Source of the DNA: Thraustochytrium aureum
Taxonomy: Eukaryota
Reading direction: 5' to 3'
Length of the DNA stretch: 32,424 nt
Assembly: GCA_012862495.1 (NCBI GenBank)
Contig: BLSG01000119.1
Location: 1-32,424 of the forward strand
Below, piece after piece: positions 23,630 to 32,424 of the stretch; position 1 is the first letter of the stretch; each line of letters begins with the position of its first letter. The notes under the pieces were generated by a model. The model was not told where the DNA came from, searched no databases, and saw nothing but the letters and a program-made list of their open reading frames with translations. The position numbers were made by a program, and so were the translations under genes.

Positions 23630-24891
23630 ATGTTTTCCTTTCTGAAGCGCGGGAAGAAGAAGAAGGCGCCCAGCAAGGACGAAGCAGGCTCCGCCACGGC
23701 GGCTGACGGCACGGGCGGCGTCAAGGCTCCGGCCGGCGTGGACGACGAGGTGGACCATGGGCTGATGACCGCGCAGCTCAAGTTTGCTCTGCTGTGCGAC
23801 AAGGCGCTCGTGCCCGAGCACGCCGAGGTCCTGGCGGCGTTCGTGGAGCACGTCAAAGAGGAAAACATGGTCGAGTTTTACAAGAGCGCCTGCGAGGCTG
23901 GCGCGGCCAAGCTCGACAGCGCGATGGTAGCCGAGATGGACAAGGCAAACAAAAAGCGGCTGAGCGAACTGGAGGAGGCCGAAAAGGACGCAGAAGAAAA
24001 CCACGGCGAGATCGAGGTCATGGAGGCGCAGCTGCGCACCGCGAACTTTCGCGCCCGGACAGGAACCAAGCAAGAGGCGCTCGAGGCCTACGACAAGGTG
24101 GCGGCTCTCAAGTCGATGTCGACGGGGCAGCTGATTGACGTGGTCCTGAAGAAGGTGCTGCTCGGGTTTTTGTGGATGGACACCGACCTGATCAAGCTCA
24201 ACATCGCCGAGGCCGAGAAGCTCTTGGAGCGCGGAGGCGACTGGGACCGGCGCAACCGGCTCAAGGTGTACCGCGGCATGTTTCTGATGGCGTCCCGCAA
24301 CTTTGTCAAGGCTTCCGAAGACTTTTTGTCGGCGGTTGCGACCTTCACCTCGAGCGAGCTGTGCTCCTACGAGATGTTTATCTTTTACACGGTCGTGACC
24401 AGCTTGGTGGCGCTGGGCCGCGTGGAGTTCAAAAAGCAGGTGATCGACTCGCCGGAGGTGCTGGCCGTCGTGCGGGAGGTGCCCTTCTTGTACGAGTTTA
24501 TGACCAACCTGTACGAGTGCAACTACAAGGGTTTTTTCGTGTCGCTCGTCAACCTCAACCCGCGCATCTGCACCGACAGGTACCTCGCCTCGCACAAAGA
24601 CTGGCTCTTCCGCGAGGCGCGGGTGCTCGCCTACGTGCAGTTCCTCGAGTCGTACAAGAGCGTCACGGTGGACTCGATGGCCAAGTCGTTCGGGGTCTCG
24701 CCCGCGTTCTTGGACAAGGAGCTGGCGCACTTTATCGCGTCGCGGCGCATCAACGCCAAGATCGACAAGGTGGCGGGCGTGGTGGAGACCTGCCAGCCCA
24801 ACGAGGCCAACGCGCGGTACCAGAGCGTGATCCGGCAGGGGACTTGCTCTTGAACCGGGTGCAGATGCTCTCGCGGGCGATCAACGTCTGA
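23630..24891 (+). CDS. PSMD6: 26S proteasome lid subunit Rpn7; one apparent missing G at 24838-24841
   Basis: DAEENHGEIEV, GGDWDRRNRLKVY, TFTSSELCSY, VIDSPEV, QFLESYKSVT..MAKSFGVS..FLDKEL, KIDKVAGVVET; the corrected end RQGDLLLNRVQMLSRAINV* is the canonical Rpn7 C-terminus. Confidence 0.97.
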
Positions 24892-24965
24892 TTGGCCCGC
24901 AGGCGGGCAAAGCGCCGAACTGCAACAACAAAAAACCGCCAACGTTTTGATACACATTTTTTGCT

Positions 24966-26013
24966 TCAAAGCAGCTCGTCCTCCTCGCTGCCGCTGTCGC
25001 CGCCGTTCGCGCTGCTGCTGCTGCTGCTGCTGCTGCTTGAGCTCGCACGCTTGGCAGAACGCTTCACGCGCTTGCGCTTGCGCGATGCTGGCGGGCTGGC
25101 GGCGCGCGCCCGCGCCGCGGCGAGCTCGGCCGCTGCGAGCGCTTCGCTCCCTGCGTCCGAGGCCGACTCGGCGGCGTCCTCGAGCTCGCGATCATCCACG
25201 TCGGCCAGAAGGTAGTAGTCGACGTAGGCTTGGCGGTTGTCGGACTCGACAATCTGGTGCTGCAGGGACAGCGAGCCGTGCCGGTTCATGCGGATAAAGG
25301 TGCGCTCTGCGTAGGGGAGGGCGCGCCCGGCCTGCTGCAACAGCGAGAGCCGGTACGTGCACTCTTGGCGCTCCTGACACTGCAGCTTGCCGAGCGACTC
25401 GTCGCCGTGCGGAAAGTCGACGATGCAGCTCAGCAGCTGGCCGTGCGTCGTGAGCCGAAAGAAAGGCCGCTCTGGAGACAGCAGCACCGAGACTGTGGCA
25501 GCGCCCGGCATCTCTTGCAGCATAGAAAAGGCCTCGCGCAGCTGTTCGGCCGAGATCATGCAGCGGTTCACGACCGGCGAGGCCTTGAACTCGGTGCGCA
25601 GCGGCATGTTGTCGACCTCGCCCGCGCCGCCGCCCTCCGCGTCATCCTCGTCGTCGTTCTCGGCGGTGGACGAGTCGAACAGGGTGCGGATGCGGCACTC
25701 TGTGACGACCTGGCCCTCCATGAGCTGCAGCGAGAACGTCTCGTCACTCTCGTAATAGGCCATCTTGAGCACTACTTCTTGCAGGTGTTGTCCAAGCGTG
25801 CTGAGGCAGTGGAGCAGAACCGCGAGGCTGAGGCGAAAGGTAACCGAGACGCCCTCGCGCACCTCCCAGACATCAAACAGCCTGGCCAGGAACGTGGCGC
25901 TGCCTTGCGCCACCAGCGCCGTGTCCGAGGTGATGAACCGCAGCTTGTCCCGGTCGACTTGGCACACGGCGTGCTGGTCCTTTTTCCCTGACGCGAGCCC
26001 CTTGAGTGTGTTG
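24966..26013 (-). CDS. RAD1: Checkpoint clamp (9-1-1) subunit Rad1/Rec1; 5' end in gap 26014-26238
   Basis: LRFIT...QGSATFLARLFD.W, FRLSLAVLLHCL, VVTECRIRT, QLREAF, PFFRLTTHG..SC.VDFP, YRLSLLQQA.RAL, TFIRMNRHGSLSLQH, YVDYYLL follow the Rad1 family pattern; basic RKRKRVKR NLS-like tail. Confidence 0.88.
25011..25037. repeat. (GCT)9 microsatellite encoding poly-Ser in the Rad1 tail
   Basis: Run of gct triplets on the + strand; AGC codons on the - strand. Confidence 0.9.
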
Positions 26014-26396
26014 NNNNNNNNNNNNNNNNNNNNNNNNNNNNNNNNNNNNNNNNNNNNNNNNNNNNNNNNNNNNNNNNNNNNNNNNNNNNNNNNNNNNNNN
26101 NNNNNNNNNNNNNNNNNNNNNNNNNNNNNNNNNNNNNNNNNNNNNNNNNNNNNNNNNNNNNNNNNNNNNNNNNNNNNNNNNNNNNNNNNNNNNNNNNNNN
26201 NNNNNNNNNNNNNNNNNNNNNNNNNNNNNNNNNNNNNNCGCCGGCTGGCTGGCTGGGCGGAGTGGAGCGCGGGCTGTCGGGCGGGCGGGTTGCCCGTCGT
26301 GCAACTTTTTGGAATTCCGATTTGGAATAGGTACGGAAGGACAGGAACGCGGTTTTCATAATCAAATGAACATCAATGCCATAGGTGGTTGGTCCG

Positions 26397-27932
26397 TCAG
26401 GCGAGCAGAAGGCCCGCATGCTTCATGCTCTCGTGGATCTTGGAAATGGCGTTGACATAGGCAGCCTGACGCAGGTTGCAATCGAGGCGCTTGGACGTCC
26501 CGATGGTCTCTTGCGAAGCGACGATCATGGCATCCGCCAGTCCAGAAAAGACAATGTCGAGCTCCGAGGGGCCCTGCAAGATGCGTTCGCGGCGCTCCTC
26601 GTTGATGGTGCCGCCGAGATCCTCCCAGGCCTGCAGCATGACGAGCTTGGAGCGCTCCTCCCACTTCTTCGTGAGGCGGCCGAAACGCACGTTGGAGAGC
26701 GACTTGAGCCACTCAAAGTAGGAGACAGTGAGCCCGCCCGAGGAAGCCACAACATCCGGGATGATGACGCAACCGCGCTCGTTCTCGAGAATGTCCTCGG
26801 CAAGCGGAGTAATAGGCCCGTTGGCGGCCTCGACGATGATGCGCGCGTTGACGCGACTTGCGTTGCCCGCATGCAGCTGCTGCTGGAAGGCGGCGAGGAC
26901 AAGGACGTCGCAGGAGCACTCGAGGAGCTTTGGCACGTCGTCGCCGCGAAAGCAGGCGTCCAGGTCCTGGTCGGTGTAGAAGCCATCTACGGACCCAAAC
27001 TCGCGCTTGTGGATCAGGAGCGCCTCGGGGTCGATCCCAGCGAGGCGCAGAATGCCGCAGTTGCGGTCGCTGACACCGATCACGATGCCCCCGGCGCGCT
27101 TGACGTAGAGCGCAGCGTGGTAGCCGACCTTGCCAAAGCCCTGCACGATAAAGCTGCGGCCCACGAGGTTTGTCTCGACGTGCTCGGCGAGGCCCGCGCG
27201 CTGCATGACCACGGGGTCGCTCATAAACTCGCGCAGCGCGTAGTAGACGCCCAGTCCCGTGGCCTCTTTGCGGCCCTCGATGCCGCCCATGCTGATCGGC
27301 TTGCCGGTGACAACCCCGTAGGCGTGGATGTCGCTCGCGCCGAATAGTTTCACGTACGTGTCTGCCATCCAGCCCATCTCGCGCGACCCGGTGCCCAGGT
27401 CGGGGCCGGGCACGTCTCGCCCGGGTCCGATAAAGGCCTTCTTCGCGAGCTCGGTGGTGAACCGGCGCACGATGCGCTCGAGCTCCTTTTCGGAAAACTC
27501 GCGCGGGTCGATGCGGATCCCGCCCTTGCCGCCGCCGAACGGCACGTCCATGACGGCGCACTTGAGCGTCATCAGTCCCGCCATGGCCTCGATCTCCTGC
27601 AGGTCGACCGTCGAGGAGAAGCGCATGCCTCCCTTGACGGGCAGCCGGTGCCGGCTGTGGTGCGCGCGGTACCCTTGGATCACGTGCACCGACCCGTCGC
27701 GGCGCTTGAAGGGAAACGTAACGCGGAGGGCGGCGTCGCACCCCTTGACCAGCTCGAGTTCGCCCTCGTCAATGTCCAGGTGCTCACTCGCGCGGTCAAA
27801 GTACTCCTTCACCATCTCAAGCAGCCGCGGTTCTTCCGGCGGCATCCCGACGACCAAGGCGCGCTTCGCGACCTGCGCGGCACCAGGCTTTCGCCGCAGC
27901 GCGGGAAACCTCGTTGCCCAGCGCGTGAGCAT
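26397..27932 (-). CDS. Mitochondrial NAD(P)-dependent glutamate dehydrogenase of GLUD1-like type
   Basis: GYRAHHS..RLPVKGGMRF, MTLKCA..DVPFGGGKGG, RRFTTEL, VTGKPISMGGIEGR..ATGLG, EAANGP, VSYFEWLK; Arg-rich, acid-free N-terminus MLTRWATRFPALRRK resembles a mitochondrial presequence (ATG 27932). Confidence 0.96.
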   Translation of the reverse strand: MLTRWATRFPALRRKPGAAQVAKRALVVGMPPEEPRLLEMVKEYFDRASEHLDIDEGELELVKGCDAALRVTFPFKRRDGSVHVIQGYRAHHSRHRLPVKGGMRFSSTVDLQEIEAMAGLMTLKCAVMDVPFGGGKGGIRIDPREFSEKELERIVRRFTTELAKKAFIGPGRDVPGPDLGTGSREMGWMADTYVKLFGASDIHAYGVVTGKPISMGGIEGRKEATGLGVYYALREFMSDPVVMQRAGLAEHVETNLVGRSFIVQGFGKVGYHAALYVKRAGGIVIGVSDRNCGILRLAGIDPEALLIHKREFGSVDGFYTDQDLDACFRGDDVPKLLECSCDVLVLAAFQQQLHAGNASRVNARIIVEAANGPITPLAEDILENERGCVIIPDVVASSGGLTVSYFEWLKSLSNVRFGRLTKKWEERSKLVMLQAWEDLGGTINEERRERILQGPSELDIVFSGLADAMIVASQETIGTSKRLDCNLRQAAYVNAISKIHESMKHAGLLLA

Positions 27933-28714
27933 TCTTCCCGCGGGCCCCGTCCAATAAAAGCAGGCCAAGGCTCTGCCNNNNNNNNNNNNNNNNNNNNNNN
28001 NNNNNNNNNNNNNNNNNNNNNNNNNNNNNNNNNNNNNNNNNNNNNNNNNNNNNNNNNNNNNNNNNNNNNNNNNNNNNNNNNNNNNNNNNNNNNNNNNNNN
28101 NNNNNNNNNNNNNNNNNNNNNNNNNNNNNNNNNNNNNNNNNNNNNNNNNNNNNNNNNNNNNNNNNNNNNNNNNNNNNNNNNNNNNNNNNNNNNNNNNNNN
28201 NNNNNNNNNNNNNNNNNNNNNNNNNNNNNNNNNNNNNNNNNNNNNNNNNNNNNNNNNNNNNNNNNNNNNNNNNNNNNNNNNNNNNNNNNNNNNNNNNNNN
28301 NNNNNNNNNNNNNNNNNNNNNNNNNNNNNNNNNNNNNNNNNNNNNNNNNNNNNNNNNNNNNNNNNNNNNNNNNNNNNNNNNNNNNNNNNNNNNNNNNNNN
28401 NNNNNNNNNNNNNNNNNNNNNNNNNNNNNNNNNNNNNNNNNNNNNNNNNNNNNNNNNNNNNNNNNNNNNNNNNNNNNNNNNNNNNNNNNNNNNNNNNNNN
28501 NNNNNNNNNNNNNNNNNNNNNNNNNNNNNNNNNNNNNNNNNNNNNNNNNNNNNNNNNNNNNNNNNNNNNNNNNNNNNNNNNNNNNNNNNNNNNNNNAGGC
28601 AGGCAGGCAGGCGGGCGTTGCGTTGCGCTGCGATTCGCTAGAGTGTTGGCTGTGGGAGCGCGATAGTCTGTCTGGTTGGTCGCCCCGTGCCAGTGCTGCG
28701 TGGCTTTGAGGAAA

Positions 28715-29113
28715 ATGCTGGCCAGCATGACGACGGTACGGAGGCTGGCGGCCTCGCAGCGACTTGCCGGCGCGCGGGCGCTGGCGATGCACGCGGCGGG
28801 AAGCGGGGTGCACGGAGCGCAGGGAGCGGGGGGCGCGTTTGGGAACGCGCTGGTGGTGACGGACAAGGTGATGGTGAAGAGCACGCACCTTTCGTTCGCC
28901 GGCCTGGTGAGCACCAGCAAGGACGGGTCGGTTACATACGTTCTCAACCCGGAGGAGAAGGACGGGCTCTTCATCGAGGTGAGGTCGAAGGACGTTGGAC
29001 TCAAGGAGGCTTTGCCGACGCTGGTGACCGAGCTGGGCGAGTCGATGGCGTGCCACCGGATCTGGGTGCGCAGAGGCAGCATCATCCGGCGCGTCGAGCC
29101 CTTCCGAATCTGA
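28715..29113 (+). CDS. 132-aa protein of unknown function with a putative mitochondrial presequence
   Basis: AAAATG start, MLASMTTVRRLAASQRLAGARALA presequence-like N-terminus, GC3-rich codons, followed by an A-rich intergenic tract. Confidence 0.7.
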   Translation: MLASMTTVRRLAASQRLAGARALAMHAAGSGVHGAQGAGGAFGNALVVTDKVMVKSTHLSFAGLVSTSKDGSVTYVLNPEEKDGLFIEVRSKDVGLKEALPTLVTELGESMACHRIWVRRGSIIRRVEPFRI

Positions 29114-29296
29114 ATCGCATTGAAACGAGAAAGGAGCGGCACTGTGTAGTAAAACTGTGCAAAGCGGAGCACGAAGCCTCGAATCGGAATCAACCCTTGT
29201 GCAAAAAGAAAACAAAAGCTTTGTGCGTCAACACGAAAAAATCGGAGAAACGAAGGAAAAAACGTTGCGCGGAAAGCGTTGAGAATTGGTTCCCGC

Positions 29297-32200
29297 CTAG
29301 TCCAGGTCGTCTTCGTCGTCGTCCATGTCGTCTTCGTCGTCGTCGTCGTCGTCCATTCCGTCTTCGTCGGCGGCGTGATCAAAGAAACCCACGCCACCAA
29401 AATCTTCAGGGTCAAACCCCTCGTGGAAGTCCATACCATCATCCTCTTCCTCGTCAAAATCGACGAGGCTGTCCAAAAACTCAATCTCATCCTCAAAAGC
29501 AGAGTAGGTTGACATGTCATCGTTGGCGGTTGAGACGGTGAGCTGCGATGCGCCGTCACAAAAGTCGACTTGGAATTGTTGCTCATGCGGGTCGATCGGC
29601 ACTTCCGCTTCTTCCTCAAACGGAATGGGGTGCACGATCGCAGCGATCCTCTGAAGCGCGTCCAAGGGAACGTCGTCTTCTTCCTCGTCCGACTCGGCCT
29701 GGTCAGTTATGAGGAGCGAGGTGAGACCGGAGAGGCCCCGCAGGCCGTGAATGTTGAGGGGCAGCCCCACAATGTCCAGGTCGCAGAGCGAGCGGAGGCC
29801 CGCGAGCGGTGCGAGGGACCTGACCGAATCACAGGCGCGAAGCGACACGGAATGTAGAGCGGGGCACGCGCTGAGCGCGTTGATCTTGGTGAGGCTTGAG
29901 CAAAAACTGAAGGTGACGGTCTTGAGAACAGCGCAGCCTCGCAGCGCGTCGATGTTGTTGAGTCGAGGGCAGTTGTCAAAGCAAGCCAACTCGAGCGTTG
30001 CCGTGCAAGCCTGCAAGCCGTTGAGCGAGACAAGACGGTCGCACACGGCAACGCGGAGCTTGCGGAGCTTGGAACTGGCGCTGAGGGCCTCGATGTTGGT
30101 GAGTTGCGGGCAGCGCATGATGGCTAGTTCTACGAGGTTGACGAGAACGTGTCCGCTGTTCCGGAGCGTCCGAAGGTTGTCGCTTTCCCGGATCGTGAGC
30201 CGCTCGACGCGCGGCGCGTTTGCGATGGGCACGATCGAGGCGCTCCCCAGCGTGTTGATGAAGGAGAGATTCTCCAACTTGGGAAGCAGCTCTGGCGAGA
30301 GCTTGAGCAGGCCGCCGACGTGCATGCATGCGGTGAACTTGAGCGAGACGAGCTCGGCGCACTTTGCGATGTGCTTGTCAAAGGCGGCCAACTTGGAAAA
30401 GTTGGACAGCGAGAGCCGCTTGAGGCGTGGCAGGGTCGTGAGCGCGGTCGCGTCAAGAGTGCTGCCATGTTTGGAGTCGTCGCAGCTCACCAGCAGGATC
30501 CTCAGATTGGACGCTCCGTGCACAAATCTGAGCGACTTGACCAAGCCAATCTGCTCAAGCGAGACGACGCGCAAGCGGGGGCAAGCGGCGCCCAGCGCGG
30601 GGAGCTTCACCAGGCTGGGCACTTCGATAACGTAGAGGATCTGGAGCTGTGGCAGCCGGGCGAGCGCGTCAACGTCGACGAGCTCGGGGCACACCTCGAT
30701 TTTGAGCGTTTCGCAGTTGGGGAAGAGCGCGTCGATGCCCTCGAGCGAGGTCATCCGGTTGTGGCCGATCGAAACGACGCGGGTGCACGGCAAGCCGTCG
30801 ATTCTGGGCCGTTGGTCCAGGCTAAAGACGCCTTGCTCGGACCAAAAGCGGAACAGGGGCGCGGCGTCCGGGAAGAAACCGTCCAGCCGCACTTCGACAA
30901 GGCGCTGGCACGACGTGAGCGCGGCGGCCAGCTTGGCCATGCGCGTCTCAAACACAAGGCCGAGGCTGGTGTCCGGACGAGGCGCCTTGGCGGCGAGCGC
31001 GCTCTCAGCGACGATGGTCTCGTACAGGGGTGGCCCCTCATTACGCAGGATAGTCTCAATGTGCTCCCTGGAATAGCCCTCCCTCTATCGGGCTTGGCAG
31101 GTCGAGGTAGAGGGCCTCTAGATTCGGCAAGAGCGCGATTTTGCTCATCACCAGGAAGCGATCGCTCGACTGGATGGCCTCCTTGAGGTCCAGCACGCGG
31201 AGGTTGGTGAGCAGGGCCAGTGCCTCGATGGTGGGCGCGGTGATCGGGCTGCGGATCAAGAGCTCCTCGAGGGCCGTCAAGCTGCCGAGCTCGGGCATTG
31301 CCATCATCATCTGGCAGCCGCGGATGATCAGGCGCTTTAGCGTCCCCGCGCTCGCGTCCAGACTGCGGCCCAGGGAGCCGAGGTCGCAGAAACCAATCGC
31401 AAACAAAGTGAGGTGGCTGCAGCCAGCGACAAAATCGAGGTTGACGAGCTCGCGAAACTCGTGCAGGCGAATTTCTCGGAGCTGCGGCAGCGCCGCGAGG
31501 GAGGGAAGCTCCAGCGCGATGTCGACGGCGGCGATGGTAAGGCTCTCTAGGCTCTTGCAGTCCTGCAGGCCCTCCAGGTTGATTGCCTCGTCCCCTGCGG
31601 CCGGGTTGCAGATGATTAGTTCCGTAAGGGACTGCAGTGCGGCCAGGGGCCGAATGCTGCCCAACGCGACGCCTTTGAGCTCCAATCTGCTGAGGCGCGC
31701 AAGCTGGCTCACGTTGGCCATGTTGAGGCTGCTCGCCGACTGCGGGTCTACGACTCGGAGAAACTCGAGGCTGCGAAAGGCCTGGACCTTGTCCTCGCTC
31801 ATATCAAACCCGGTCACGCGCTGGCCGACGAGGACGCTGAGGGACTTTATGCTGTTTTCGCCCACGCGCCCGTTCTCGAGGAGGCAGTTGTTCAGTTTGG
31901 CCAGTTCTGACCCATCTACTGCTTTCAGCGAGATCCCGCTCAGATTGTACAGCCTCGGCAGCTCGCTTGTGTCGCCAAAGCGGAGCAGCTTGTCCACGTA
32001 CCACTGCACGTCCTGCGGGGCGCTGTCGGCGAGGTCGACGTGCCAGCCGGCCAGCTCCCTGCGCAGTTCCTTGCAGACAAGAGAGACGTTGCGCTCGTCG
32101 GCGAACCGATGGATCAGTCTCCCGGTGCCTCCGGTCAGGACGCGCATAGCCAGCTCGCCTTCATCGTTGGCCGCTGCGCTCGACCCCAGGCTGTCGCGCC

Positions 32201-32327
32201 GCTTGCTCTGGGTCTCCTCGTGCACCTCGGCGTCGCCCTGAACCTCGTTCTGCTTTTGCTTTTGCTTCTGCTTGCTCCTGGGCCCCGCGCGCCCGCGCCG
32301 CCGGCTGCCGTTCCGCCCGCGCTCCAT
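29297..32327 (-). CDS. ~1010-aa leucine-rich repeat protein with F-box-like N-terminal motif and acidic C-terminal tail; one apparent extra G near 31081
   Basis: Many LxxLxL/IxxCxxLxxI/LxxL repeats in both ORFs (31056-32327 and 29297-30955). Removing one G (ata gag gag ggc) gives a stop-free join PIEEGYSREHIETILRN...LVFETRM. Confidence 0.88.
29300..29480 (-). repeat. GAC/GAT/GAA-rich low-complexity region encoding an Asp/Glu tail
   Basis: DEEEDDGMDF...DEDGMDDDDDDEDDMDDDEDDLD*. Confidence 0.9.
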
Positions 32328-32363
32328 CCCGATGCCTCTCGCTCGCGCGTTCTGGCTCTGCCG

Positions 32364-32384
32364 CTGGCTGGCTGGCTGGCTGCC
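32364..32384 (-). repeat. (GCCA)n tract upstream of the LRR gene ATG
   Basis: + strand gctggctggctggctggctgc, i.e. gcagccagccagccagccagc on the coding strand. Confidence 0.85.
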
Positions 32385-32424
32385 TCGTTTCGTGTTTCAA
32401 GAAGAACAGAGCGAACAGGATTCT

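Overview
Gene-dense, GC-rich, intron-poor eukaryotic nuclear DNA from a flagellated protist; a stramenopile such as a thraustochytrid is my guess from general style only. It is a draft assembly with nine N-gaps and about ten single-base frameshifts, nearly all in homopolymer runs and most likely sequencing errors. Twelve genes, mostly in convergent or divergent pairs: DNA polymerase alpha subunit B (+), a stand-alone double-YccF membrane protein (-), a GT64/EXTL-type glycosyltransferase (+), a TMEM104-like transporter (-), TRAPPC5 (+, 3' part), cytoplasmic dynein-2 heavy chain (-, 13.2 kb), a secreted Cys-containing protein of unknown function (-), proteasome Rpn7 (+), 9-1-1 clamp subunit Rad1 (-), mitochondrial glutamate dehydrogenase (-), a small putative mitochondrial orphan (+) and a ~1000-aa LRR protein with an F-box-like N-terminus (-). 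Two ~80-bp GT-AG introns are visible. I found no mobile element, RNA gene or CRISPR array. The best unexplained signals are a recurring E-[G/S/A]-K tripeptide in five separate low-complexity loops of the dynein, a dense TGACGTCA palindrome cluster in the TMEM104/TRAPPC5 divergent promoter, and strand-specific GGCA/GCCA/GCAG repeats just upstream of start codons.
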